In this document: piece after piece, positions 42,937 to 53,606 of the stretch
Layout of the letters: each line of letters opens with the position of its first letter
Position numbering within the stretch: the first letter of the stretch is position 1
Program-made: the position numbers and the translations under genes
The notes under the pieces: generated by a model
Told to the model about the DNA's origin: nothing
What the model saw: only the letters and a program-made list of their open reading frames with translations
Database searches by the model: none
Assembly: GCA_963850305.1 (NCBI GenBank)
Contig: CAWKKR010000005.1
Coordinates: 256,001 to 320,000, forward strand
Length of the DNA: 64,000 nucleotides
DNA from: an uncultured delta proteobacterium
GTDB taxonomy: Bacteria > Myxococcota_A > Polyangia > Polyangiales > Polyangiaceae
Direction of reading: 5' to 3'

Positions 42937-42994
42937 GTAGTTCCGCATCGACGAGCAGCGTCGTCCCCGAGGGATCAAAGAGCTGCGGAACTAC
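42937..42994. repeat. GTAG-footed inverted repeat
   Basis: GTAGTTCCGCA (42937-42947) and TGCGGAACTAC (42984-42994) are a perfect 11-bp inverted pair. Confidence 0.8.
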
Positions 42995-43560
42995 GCGAGC
43001 GCAGCGAGCGCGCCGAAGGCGGCGGGGGAGCGGTCGCGGAGCGAGCCGCGGGGGTCAAGACCCCCTTGCGAACACGAGCCCGCCGAAGGCGGCGGGGGAG
43101 CGGTTGCGAAGCAAGCCGCGGGGGTCAAGACCCCCTTGCGAGCACGAGCCCGCCGAAGGCGGCGGGGGAGCGGTTGCGAAGCAAGCCGCGGGGGTCAAGA
43201 CCCCCGTGAGCGCAGCGAGCCCGCCGAAGGCGGCGGGGGAGCGGTTGCGAAGCAAGCCGCGGGGGTCAAGACCCCCTTGCGAACACGAGCCCGCCGAAGG
43301 CGGCGGGGGAGCGGTCGCGAAGCGAGCCGCGGGGGTCAAGACCCCCTTGCGAACAGCGAGCCCGCCGAAGGCGGCGGGGGAGCGGTTGCGAAGCAAGCCG
43401 CGGGGGTCAAGACCCCCTTGCGAACACGAGCGCGCCGAAGGCGGCGGGGGAGCGGTCGCGAAGCGAGCCGCGGGGGTCAAGACCCCCGTGAGCAAAGCGA
43501 GCGCGCCGAAGGCGGCGGGGGAGCGGTCGCGAAGCGAGCCGCGGGGGTCAAGACCCCCCT
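42991..43560 (-). repeat. Tandem array of 8 x 70/71-bp palindromic units, same family as 29536-29871 in opposite orientation
   Basis: CGCCGAAGGC at 43011, 43081, 43151, 43222, 43292, 43363, 43433, 43504; GGGGGTCAAGACCCCC in each unit. Confidence 0.95.
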
Positions 43561-43563
43561 TTC

Positions 43564-45554
43564 CTAGTGGAGGACGATCTCCGTGAGTTCCGTGCCGGCG
43601 GCGTAGGCGTAACTGACGTTCCTGTCGAAGCCATCGACGAGCACGCCGACCTTGGCGTTGCTCAAGATCTCGTGCACGCCGTCGAGCTGAATTCCCGGAG
43701 AGATGAGCGCGGTCGCCGTGGTGGATGTGTCGATCACCGGGAAGCCGAGCTGGCACGTGTACACGACGAAGGCGACCTTCTTCACATCGGCGATTGCCGG
43801 GATGCTCGTCTGCTCGCAGCTCGCGATGCCGTCCACGCGATCTCCGTCGAGCAGGACCTCGGCGCCCGGCGGCGAAAGGATACGGACGAAATCGAAATTG
43901 TACTGGTCGGGCGTCAAAAAAACGTAGTTCTGACGAAATTGCTCGACGGGCGGAAGGTCGATGTCGCTCGGGTCTCCGCCCGGGAGAGAAAAGGGCACGC
44001 CCGAGGCGCCCTGGCTCGGTGACACGCTCAGCATGAAGATGGGGTCGCTGCTCTGGACGAGAAAGTCCGTCGTCGACGTGATGCTGGCGAAGTCCCCCAT
44101 GCCGGAGAGCGTGATGCGATCATTCGGCGACGGGAGCGACGTGGTGATGACTGCGCCGGCGTTGGTCGCGGCGGCGATTCGAAAAAACTGCGGCGCGTCG
44201 AAGTGGCCGAGCGATGTCGCGCCGGCACGTCGGACCGCGTCGGTCCGGTTCGGAGAGACCGTCGCGACGAAATTTTTTCCGGCGGTGCGGATTGGATCGA
44301 GTTGTTCCTCGAGGTGGTCGGCGCAACAGCTCCGATCGGCGAGGCGATCCCACGCGGGCGCATCCGCGGCCTCGCTCCCGCTGAAAACCACGACCGGAAG
44401 GTCGGACTCGATGATCGACCCGAGAAGTCGGCATGAAAATCCCCCGTCTCCAGGTTGGCGACGTCAAAGGGGTCGAGCGTGAGATCGATGGTCCCGCCGA
44501 TCGGTGTGTCGGCGATCGAGTTCCCCGCTACGACGTGCGCCTGCGTATGGACACGGACGTGCGTCCCCGGGCGCGTGCCGATGATCGTCAGGAACTCACG
44601 CAGGTTGATCGGGTCGTCGGAGCTGAAGTTCGTCGTCGCGTCGTCGGTGATCGCGATCGTCTGCGGCCAGCCCAGCGCGACGTACGAAGGCGCGAGCGTT
44701 CCCCCATTCGACCCGAGCGCCTCGACGGGCTTGAGGAGCGAGGCGTCGTTCGAGAACACGTTGACGTTGTCGAGCGGGTTGAACTGATAGGCGATGATCG
44801 GCACGGTGCTCGTGACGCGGTATGCCGCGCGCGTGAGGGCAGTGTTGGTCCCATCGTTGAACGTTCCTGGAGGCGAGCCGTCGACCTCGCGGGGGCCGAG
44901 CTTGAGCACGCGCAGGCTCATCGGCGGAACGACGGTCGTGGCGATCTCCGTCGGGTTTCCCGGTGCGCCAGGCGACGTGTCGTCCTGTTCGACGGTGACG
45001 GTCGCGGCGATGTCCGGCTGAGGGTTGCTCACGACGATGGCGTATTGCTGGGCCGCGGCATTCTCGGAAGCGTCGATGTCCGCGTTGTCGAGGTCGGCGC
45101 CCCAGTACTCGCACCCGACGTTGCTCCGCTGCTCGGCGGCTTGAGCGCAGAGAGCGACGCAGCCACCCGCGCGACACACCACCCCCGAGGACGTATCGCA
45201 CGTGGGGCCGGCGACGTACCCACTTCCATCCGTCGAGCACTGTTCGGTACTGGCTCCGTTGCATTGAGCATCCCCCGGGTTGCAGACGGTGCACTCGAGC
45301 AAGGAGGGCGCGCAGACGCGCCCTCGCGCCGCGCAGTCATCCGCGGTTTCCCACGTCGGGCCCCCGAGACCATCCTGGCAAATCTCCAGCACGGTCGTGC
45401 AGCGGCGAGCGCCGAGAGAACAGGTGACCGGGGCGCCGCCGTCTTCCGCGGTGATCCACCGGTCGCCGCGGTCGAAGGAGCACGCGCCGACGGGAATGGC
45501 CGCAGCCGCCATCGCAATGAACCTAGCGATGCGCCTGGAACGTGTCCGTCGCAT
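43564..45554 (-). CDS. IgGFc-binding-domain lipoprotein with Cys-rich N-terminus (frameshift near 44420)
   Basis: VGAC lipobox-like, SNVGCEYWGADLDN, AYQFNPL, SNDASLL, DHLEEQ, GDPS, YAYAAG. Confidence 0.82.
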
Positions 45555-47649
45555 AAGCGTCCCAACCGCGCGCTGCGAGCTCCGAGTAGGCGAGGGTTCC
45601 ATAATCGAAACCGTCGATCTCCGCGAACGTGACGGTGATCGAGACGGGTCCAGTCGGACCCTCGAGCGACGGTACCGCGGAGAGATCCGGCAAGATAACG
45701 GACGTGACGCCCTTCGGCGCGGCCACGGTCCACGTCGACAAACCGCCGCCGCTCTCGATCTGGAAGAGCGAAAGATCGGGTGTGGGTCCCCCGGGGAGAG
45801 AACTCGCGGAGAGTGTCCGGCCGTCCCAAGCGCCATTTTCGGCGGGGACGTCCAGATGCGGCACCTCCACGAAGCCGTCGAGATTCACCACGGTCCCCGC
45901 CGCGCCCGTGCCTGTCAAGCCCAGGACCGACATGGGTACCGAATTGGTCGCGCCCGTCGACGCCGTTGCGGTCGTCACGTATTCGGCCCCCGCGAGTCCG
46001 TTGATCAGCGGAGGCAGGCCCACGACGGAGAGAGGCGACGACACGGGGAGCAGTGCGCTGTTGGTGCCTACGGGCAGTGTGACGTATCCGAGCGTTCCCA
46101 GTCGGACACCGACGGTCGTGCTCACGCGATCGGGACCGCGTGACGTCGGGGTCGGCCCTGAAACGTTCAGTGTGAGGGCGTGATCGAGCGGAATGTTCAT
46201 CGGGATGTAAACGTCCGTGGTCGTCACGCCGGGAACCGCGGCGACCCCGCCGAGCACCCCGAGCGAGTAGGCCGTGAAGAGCGGGGGAGTGACTCCCACG
46301 TTCTCCACGCCGGCCAGGGCGTAGAGCGTCAGATTGCCAACGCTGGTCGTGACGTTGAAGGTGTACCCGACGTGTCCAACGTCGGAGGGCGTGGTCGCGT
46401 GACCGATCGCCGGAAGTCGAAATGGAGTCGTGGCGGCGTCCGCGAGCTGGAACACGTACGCCACGACCTCGAGATTCGGATCGGCGTCCGGGAAACCTTC
46501 CGGCGTAGGAACGTCCCAGGCTCCGCGCCGGAATTCGATCGTGCTCGGCCAGATCAGCTCGCCCTGAATCCGCGCGCCGGTCGTGTTGGACCCTCCGCCT
46601 GGGCCGATGAGAGTGGGGTGCCCATTCGAGCCGCAATCCGGGGAAAGGATTGGATCCAGGTAGGCCGTGACCGTGTCGACGGGGACGTTCACGAACGTCG
46701 TCGGCATGAAGCAGTGCGCGGAGACAGTGACCGTCTCCGTCGTGGCGGTCGAGTTCGCGACGACCACGCCGTTCGAGTCCGCGGTCTTCACGCTGTCCGC
46801 CGTCACATCGCTGCCGATGATGACGGTCGCGCCGGGGATGGCTGTCCCCGTCAAGTTGTTCAAGGCGATGACGCGGAGTTGCCCGGGTAGATTCTGCCCG
46901 CTCAGGCCGCCATGAAACCCGTTGTTGCTGTCGCCGTAGGTGAACGCATCGAGAACCTCGGAGGAGCCGCCCTCCGTGACGACGCGCACGCCCTTCGCTC
47001 CGGGTGCGTCCGCGGGCGTCGTGCAATCGAGTTGCTGGGGTTGGTTTGCCGGATTTCGCACGGCCGTGACCGGGCAGGGGATCCCGTCGACCAGCACGCG
47101 CGTCGTCGCGTCCCAAGAGGTGTCATTGCCGAAGAGGGTGATCACCGTCCCTCCAGCGTCGGGACCGCTCGACGGCGTGACGTAAAACGAATCGTAGAAG
47201 TACCCGTCCGCGAGCGTCGTTCGGGTCGACGCGTCGTCGCCGTTCTGTGCGGAGACGTCGCTGCTGCCGCTCGCGCCAGCAGGTACGGTCACCTGGACGC
47301 GGGTGGGATCGATCGGTACGACCGCGGCGTGCGCCACCTCGTTCGGACCGAACCAGACCCGCACAGCGCTCGTAAACCCGGTGCCGTGTACGATGGCCTG
47401 CTGTCCGCCGTCGAACGGCCCGTGCGACGGATTGACGCTCGAAACCGAGTGCGGTGGGGGCGTGAGGAGGCTCGAGTCCAGCGCGGACGGATCGAAGCTC
47501 CCGTCGATGATGACGATGGGCGCGACGCCCGCGTCCGTTGCTCGCGGTCGATGGACCGTGGGCAAAAAGCCCTGAGCGACGGCAAGGCACGCGACCGCAC
47601 ACCAGGGCGCGAGTGCGACGAGCGCGAGTGACCATCGGCGGCGGCGCAC
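45523..47649 (-). CDS. Exported IPT/TIG-domain protein
   Basis: Signal-like RRRRWSLALVALAPWCAVAC; two TIG repeats (SVNPSHGPFDGG..GTGF and VTPSSGPDAGGTVITLFG..FTY). Confidence 0.82.
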   Translation of the reverse strand: MRRRRWSLALVALAPWCAVACLAVAQGFLPTVHRPRATDAGVAPIVIIDGSFDPSALDSSLLTPPPHSVSSVNPSHGPFDGGQQAIVHGTGFTSAVRVWFGPNEVAHAAVVPIDPTRVQVTVPAGASGSSDVSAQNGDDASTRTTLADGYFYDSFYVTPSSGPDAGGTVITLFGNDTSWDATTRVLVDGIPCPVTAVRNPANQPQQLDCTTPADAPGAKGVRVVTEGGSSEVLDAFTYGDSNNGFHGGLSGQNLPGQLRVIALNNLTGTAIPGATVIIGSDVTADSVKTADSNGVVVANSTATTETVTVSAHCFMPTTFVNVPVDTVTAYLDPILSPDCGSNGHPTLIGPGGGSNTTGARIQGELIWPSTIEFRRGAWDVPTPEGFPDADPNLEVVAYVFQLADAATTPFRLPAIGHATTPSDVGHVGYTFNVTTSVGNLTLYALAGVENVGVTPPLFTAYSLGVLGGVAAVPGVTTTDVYIPMNIPLDHALTLNVSGPTPTSRGPDRVSTTVGVRLGTLGYVTLPVGTNSALLPVSSPLSVVGLPPLINGLAGAEYVTTATASTGATNSVPMSVLGLTGTGAAGTVVNLDGFVEVPHLDVPAENGAWDGRTLSASSLPGGPTPDLSLFQIESGGGLSTWTVAAPKGVTSVILPDLSAVPSLEGPTGPVSITVTFAEIDGFDYGTLAYSELAARGWDAYATDTFQAHR

Positions 47650-47702
47650 GGGGGTAGTATATGCCGGCGCCGCGGGGAGGGCACTTCCTGGCGCCGTGTC
47701 CG

Positions 47703-50154
47703 TCACGCTTGCGCGAGCCGAAGCCCGGGCCGCTCGGGGTTTGGCGGAGCCCCGTTTGCCACGAGTCCCGACAGTAAGGCCAGCGTGTGCGATTTTCGGC
47801 CCTCGCTCTCCCCGGGGCCGATGCAAGCTGGACAGCCCGCCGAGCAAGCACATCCGGCGACGAGCAAGCGCGCGTCCTCCATGAGCGCCGCGGCTCGCAC
47901 GTAGATGCGTTCGGCGAGGCCCACTCCACCCGGGACGGCATCGAAGAGAAAGATCGTCGGGTCGAAGCGACCGGTGCGCCCCATGTGCGGGTTGCGCCCT
48001 GCCGGCACGGACTCACCGCCGTCAGCAGCGTCCTGCGCGCCGTCCCCGAGAGTCCGACCGATGTCCGCGGGTTCGCACATGAGCGCCAGCGTGGCGACGG
48101 TCTCGAGAGCGACTCCGGCTCCCCGGAGTGCGGCCACGGCTTCGGCCCTCGATCCGCGGAAATCCGAAAGCGCCGTCTCCGGGATGGTCAACCAGAAGCT
48201 CGTCGTGTGCATCTGGATCTCGGGCAAATGCACGTCGCCGTAGCCGGCGTTCTCGTGCGTAAAGAACTTCACCTTCTTGTAACCGGTGACCTTCTCCACG
48301 ACCTTGACTTCGCCCCATCCAATCGACGCGTGTCGGAGCAATGAGGTTTCCGCTTCTTCGAGCACCTCTACCGTTCGGTAGGTGAGCGCCGTGGTGAAGT
48401 AGTCCGGCTCGACCTTGCGGACGAACGCCTTGTGGTCGTCGTAGTCGAGTTTTTCGACCTGATATTGCTCGGCGTCGTGCTGGTAGATCGCCTGCTCGTG
48501 GAGCATGGTGTGTGCAGCGCGCCAATCGAGTTCCGCGAGAGATTTTCGGGTCTCCAGATCCACGATCACGAAATTATCCCACCCCACATTTCGGAGCGAG
48601 ACGTTGGTCGCCGGATAGGGATCGCTCACGTAGTGATAGCGATTGCCGGACGCGTGAACGAGGCCCTGGGCGACCAGGTATTCGAGCGCGTCTCGCGTGG
48701 CCGCCGCGCCGAGCGTCGCGTAAGTCTCCCCTGACGCGGCAACCGACCGGGCCTTAGGCCCGTCCCCCGCGCACCTCGCGAATGGAGCTTCGAATGCGGC
48801 GCACTTCAGATGCTGCACGAGAATTTCGACATTGGAGGGATCGATGCGCGCCTCCTCTGCGCCGGCGCGCAGCAGGTATCCCGGCTCGCGTGCCAGGAAT
48901 TGATCGAGCGACCCGCTCGAACACACCATGAGCGCGATGCTCCGACCCCCGCGCCGCCCCGCGCGGCCGAAGCGTTGCCATGTGGCCGCGACAGACCCGG
49001 GATAGCCGACGCACACGACCGCGTCCAAATCTCCGATATCGATGCCGAGTTCCAGCGCATTCGTGGCGACCACGCAGCCGATCGCCCCTTCGCGTAGCCC
49101 CTGTTCCACGCGCCTTCGCGTATCCGGCAGATAGCCCCCGCGATACGCCATGATCGCGTCAGGGGGCACGATCCCCCTGCACTCTTCTCGAAGGTATTTC
49201 AACATGACCTCCACACTGCTCCGAGATTGCCCGAAGACGAGGGTCGACACGCGAGCGCGGATCGAGATCCGACGTAAGCCGGACGGCGTGCTTCAGCGCA
49301 CTCCCTCGCACGCCGAGTTCCGCGTTCACGACGGGGGGGTTGTAGAGCAGAAACTGCCGGCTCGCGCTCGGCGCGCCCGAACGATCGACCAGTGTGACGT
49401 CCCTCTCCGGCACACCGATCAGACGCGCGGCGTGCTCGCGCGGGTTACCGATGGTCGCCGTCGCGCACACGAACGTCGGATGCGAGCCGTGAAAGCTCGC
49501 GATTCTGCGAAGTCGCGCGACCACGTGCGCCATGTGCGAGCCGAACACGCCCCGGTACGTATGGAGCTCGTCGAGCACGACATAGCGAAGGCCCTGGAAC
49601 AGCGACGCCCAGCGAGCATGATTCGGTAGGATCCCGGAGTGGAGCATGTCCGGATTCGTGAGCACGATGCGGCAGCGCTCGCGCGCGTTGCGCCGAGCAT
49701 CCCCTGGCGTGTCCCCGTCGTAGACCATTGCTGGAACGCCGAGCCCCGCATCGGTGACGAGGCCCCGAATCGCCTGCTCCTGGTCCCGGCTGAGCGCCTT
49801 CGTCGGATAGAGGTACAGGGCCGTCGCCGTCCTGTCTCGCTCGAGCGCCTCGAGCACCGGGAGATGAAAACAGAGGCTCTTGCCACTGGCAGTCGGGGTT
49901 GCAACGACGACGGATCTGCCCCCCCGAGCAGCGTCGATGGCTTCCGCTTGGTGCGTATATAGGGACCCGATGCCGCGGCGACCGAGCGCGCCACGGATGG
50001 AGGCCGAAAGGCCCTCGGGAAGGGGGGCGTGCCGTGCAGCCGATTCGCCGATGAGTTGCTCCGCGGCAATGCACGGTCGGACGATTCCAGACGCGAGCCA
50101 GCCAGAAACGACGGCATCGACGCCCGTTGGTCTGACCCAGGGAGCTTCGGACAC
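47703..50154 (-). CDS. DEAD/DEAH helicase with DUF1998 (MrfA/YprA, Hrq1-like; frameshift near 49255)
   Basis: LYTHQ, TPTASGKS, YPTKAL, DELH, NALELGIDIG, QRFGRAGR, FDAVPGGVG, CACSAGCPAC. Confidence 0.92.
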
Positions 50155-50234
50155 GGCTCGAAACACTAAACAAATGTGCGGCTGTTGTAAACCTCGACCA
50201 GGCCCGCGATCGCGGGTATCAAACCGCGTTGCCC

Positions 50235-50893
50235 ATGACCGAGTCAGAACCCGCGCTCGCGCCTGCCGCTCCCGACGCCGATCTTCCGCGCCGCCCGAGC
50301 CCGAGCTGCCGTCGGCCACCTCTTCCGACGGGAGTCCCTCGTACGTTTTTTTCGGGAGTCTCGCATCCCTGTCGCTGCTCGCGGACGTGGCGTCGAAGGC
50401 GTGGGCCGAGATCACGCTGAGCGCACGCACGGAAGATCCGGCAATAGTGCTGGTCAGAAACCATCTGGACCTGAATCTTGCGTACAACCGCGGCGGGGCC
50501 TGGGGTCTCCTGCAGAATGCGAGCGAGTTCGTCCGCCGTCCATTCTTCTTGTGTGTGAGCGTGGCTGCGGTCGTCTTCATCGTGTCGCTTTACAGCCGCC
50601 TCGCTCCGGGTCAACGCGCTCTGAAGTGGGGTCTCCCGCTCGTTCTGGGTGGCGCGCTGGGGAATCTCACGGATCGCGTCGTTCGGACGAGCGTCGTGGA
50701 CTTCATCGATTTTCGCGCCAATTGGATCACGAAGATGAACGAAGGCATCGCCGCGCTCGTTCCGACGTGGAACATCACCGATCACTGGCCGACCTTCAAC
50801 GTGGCAGACATGTGCATCTGCGCGGGGGTCGCGCTGATGGCGATCGACATGATCGGCTCCAAGCACCCCTCTGCCGCGCGGGACTCGAGCTGA
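50235..50893 (+). CDS. lspA: Lipoprotein signal peptidase II (N-terminal frameshift, start uncertain)
   Basis: YNRGGAWG, GGALGNLTDR, VVDFID, WPTFNVAD. Confidence 0.93.
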
Positions 50894-50897
50894 ATCC

Positions 50898-51852
50898 GTG
50901 CACGCGCAGCTCTTCTCGCTCTTCGCTCAAGGATTTCCGAGTTACTTCGTCCTGCTGCTCGCTGGATTTACCTTTGCGACCGTGGCGGGCACGCTATGGG
51001 CGAGGCGGATCGGACAGGACCCCGACGTCGTGGTCGACCTCGGTCTCGCGATGCTCATCGCTGGCGTTGCGGGTGCGCGCATCCTGCACGTGCTGGTCGA
51101 CGGGTTCTTCTGGGACTACGTCCATCTGTGCACGAACCCCTCGCTCGTCGAATCTACACCTCTCGCACGCCGAGTGCGCGAACGCCGATTACAACGGCAT
51201 CTGGGACGTCACGCGAAGCATCTGTGTCGCGCGAGATGCGGATTGCTTTGCATGGGCAAAGTTCTGGAACGGCGGGCTCACGTATTACGGCGGCTTCATC
51301 GGCGCCTCCGCTGCGGCCTGGTACCTCCTGCGCCACGATCGATTTCCCTTTTGGAAGGGCGCCGACATGGCCGGCTTGACCATTCCGATCGGTCTCGGGT
51401 TCGGGAGGATGGGCTGTTTGCTGGCAGGGTGCTGCTTCGGGACCCCGACCACCACGAGGCTCGGCTTGGTGTTCCCGCCGGACAGCCCGGCGAGCGAATG
51501 GGAGGCCCAGCATGGTCTCATGACATCCAAGTTCCTGCCCTCGCTTCCGGTGCACCCGACTCAGATCTACGAGTCGGCGGCTTGCCTGGCGATTGCAGCG
51601 TTCTGCCTTCTCTACGTCCACGGCAGGAAGCGGTACGACGGCCAGGTCTTTCTATCTTTCATAGCCCTGTATGCCTTTGCCCGGTTTCTGATTGAGTTTG
51701 TGCGGAGCGACGACAGAGGCGGGCTCATGGGACTCAGCACGTCTCAGATCATCGGGCTCGGCCTGATCCTGCTCGTCCTGGTTCTCCACCGACGGTTTGG
51801 CACCCGTCCCCCGACACTCCCGAGCCTCCGATCTTTAGCCCCCCACGCCTGA
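50898..51852 (+). CDS. lgt: Prolipoprotein diacylglyceryl transferase (frameshift near 51150)
   Basis: GARILHV, GGLTYYGG, GRMGCLLAGCCFG, HPTQIYE, RFLIEFVR. Confidence 0.93.
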
Positions 51853-51871
51853 CGGCGCTACGGTTCGGCAA

Positions 51872-52669
51872 ATGCGATTGTCGGTCATCCTTGGTCTCTC
51901 CGGCCTCATGGGATGTTCGAGCGGAACCAAGGCTCCGCCGCTCGCCAGCGAAGATTGCGATCAACCGCCGTGTCAGACGGGTATCCACACTGGTGGCGGA
52001 GGAGGGTCAACGATCTTCGACGGTGGAGAAGGGACGCTCGGCGGGAGCGTCGGAGTGTTCACTGACACCGGGTTCGTGGACGTCGCCCCGTACGCTGGGT
52101 CCGGCACGATCGGTGTCTTTGGGCCGGTGGGGCCGCCCAACCAGGCGTCGGCAGCCTTTTCCGGATCGACCTACGTGATCCCCGACGCGCCGCTCTCAAG
52201 CGTCTTATGGGCGGATCTGTTGCCTGACACGACCGCCGAAGTTCTGCCCACGCTCGTTGCCATTTCCGGAGCCGCTGCCGGAGGCACGGTTGCCTTCGCG
52301 TCCGTGAGCGCCATGAATCAGATCTTCGCCGAGCTTTCCCGCGCCCCTCAGACCCTGAACGCCGCTCGCGGTCAGCTCATCGTGGAGTTCGTCGCAGCGT
52401 CGGGCGGTCCGCTATCGGATGTGGTCATCACCCAGACCCCGCAGGGCTCCGACGTCGCGTACGACAGCGGGGCCGCGTACGCGGATCACCTTGGAGGGAC
52501 GACGGGCACCCGCGGCGTTGCGCTGATCCTGAACGCAACCGCCGCCCCCTTTCCGGGCGGTCTGGCGGTCATCGCCTTCACGTCGGGATCGCCGCCGGTC
52601 ACCGGTACCTTCGACGCTTACCTTGCACAAGGTGCCGTCACGGTCGTCTCGGTGACACCTTCTCCTTGA
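51872..52669 (+). CDS. Hypothetical lipoprotein
   Basis: MRLSVILGLSGLMGC lipobox; beta-rich body. Confidence 0.75.
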   Translation: MRLSVILGLSGLMGCSSGTKAPPLASEDCDQPPCQTGIHTGGGGGSTIFDGGEGTLGGSVGVFTDTGFVDVAPYAGSGTIGVFGPVGPPNQASAAFSGSTYVIPDAPLSSVLWADLLPDTTAEVLPTLVAISGAAAGGTVAFASVSAMNQIFAELSRAPQTLNAARGQLIVEFVAASGGPLSDVVITQTPQGSDVAYDSGAAYADHLGGTTGTRGVALILNATAAPFPGGLAVIAFTSGSPPVTGTFDAYLAQGAVTVVSVTPSP

Positions 52670-52745
52670 ACCGCATTTTTAGCCGCGGAATCACCTCGCC
52701 GCCGAACCGCTGTCGTTCTTGGTCGCGCTCTGGTAACCGAGTCAC

Positions 52746-53600
52746 GTGGCCGCGACTGTCCTGAACGGGAAGGCGATCGCCGAAAGAGTCCGGGCCGAGG
52801 CTGCGGCCGGAGCCGAGCGATTCCGAGCACGCCACGGCAGACCGCCGGGGCTCCACGTCGTTCTCGCCGGAGAAAACCAGGCCTCCATGGTCTACGTCCG
52901 GAACAAGGAGAAGGCCGCGAAGGAAGCCGGTTTTGCGGGCATGGTTCATCGGTTGCCGGAATCGGTGACGCCGGACGCGCTCTCCGTGCTCGTTGCCGAG
53001 CTCAATCGACGCGAAGACGTCGACGGCATTCTCGTTCAATTGCCGCTGCCGTCCGGGGTCCCCTCGGCGCCGATTCTCGAGGCCGTCGACCCGGCGAAAG
53101 ACGTCGACGGATTTCACGCAGTCAACGTCGGCGCTTTGTGGTCCGGTGGACGCGCACTCGTTCCGTGCACGGCGAGGGGCTGTCTTCGCTTGCTAGAAGA
53201 GGCGGGTGTCTCTCTCGAGGGGAAGCGCGCCGTGGTCGTGGGGCGCAGCAACATCGTCGGAAAACCCGTGGCGGCGCTTCTGTTGGCTGCGAACGCGACC
53301 GTCACGATCGCCCATTCGCGCACGCTGGACCTCGCTGCCGTCTGTCGCGAAGCCGACGTACTCGTTGCCGCGGTAGGTCGTGCCAAGATGATTCGCGCGG
53401 AATTCGTGAAGCCCGGCGCGGCGGTCATCGACGTCGGGATGAACCGCGATGAAAATGGTAAGCTGTGCGGCGACGTCGACTTTGCCGCGGTGGAGCCGGT
53501 TGCCGGCGTTCTCACGCCAGTTCCTGGCGGGGTGGGGCTGATGACGATTGCGATGCTGCTCGACAACACCCTGCGAGCCGCCGAGGCCCGCAAAGCGTAG
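52746..53600 (+). CDS. folD: Methylenetetrahydrofolate dehydrogenase/cyclohydrolase
   Basis: YVRNK, GILVQLPLP, KDVDGFH, VGRSNIVGKP, TPVPGGVG. Confidence 0.97.
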   Translation: MAATVLNGKAIAERVRAEAAAGAERFRARHGRPPGLHVVLAGENQASMVYVRNKEKAAKEAGFAGMVHRLPESVTPDALSVLVAELNRREDVDGILVQLPLPSGVPSAPILEAVDPAKDVDGFHAVNVGALWSGGRALVPCTARGCLRLLEEAGVSLEGKRAVVVGRSNIVGKPVAALLLAANATVTIAHSRTLDLAAVCREADVLVAAVGRAKMIRAEFVKPGAAVIDVGMNRDENGKLCGDVDFAAVEPVAGVLTPVPGGVGLMTIAMLLDNTLRAAEARKA

Positions 53601-53606
53601 GCTCGA

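Larger units (their letters stand above)
41442..42940 (+). mobile_element. IS110-family element (long 5' non-coding leader, no TIRs, AGTAG at both junctions)
   Basis: AGTAG at 41442-41446 and 42936-42940 brackets the leader plus transposase; ends are inferred. Confidence 0.85.

Noticed and set aside
42991..43560. 70-bp arrays (here and at 29536-29871) as CRISPR arrays
   Set aside because: The period is CRISPR-like, but whole units repeat with no unique spacers and no cas genes are in the window
43055..43756. ORFs running through the 70-bp arrays (also 29387-29908)
   Set aside because: The unit length is not a multiple of three, so translations cycle through frames; these are stop-free by GC richness
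2214..51852. Numerous frameshifts suggesting pseudogenes or programmed frameshifting
   Set aside because: They also hit essential genes (ileS, lspA, lgt), are single-base shifts with motifs intact on both sides, and fit long-read indel error; polishing is needed before any biological claim
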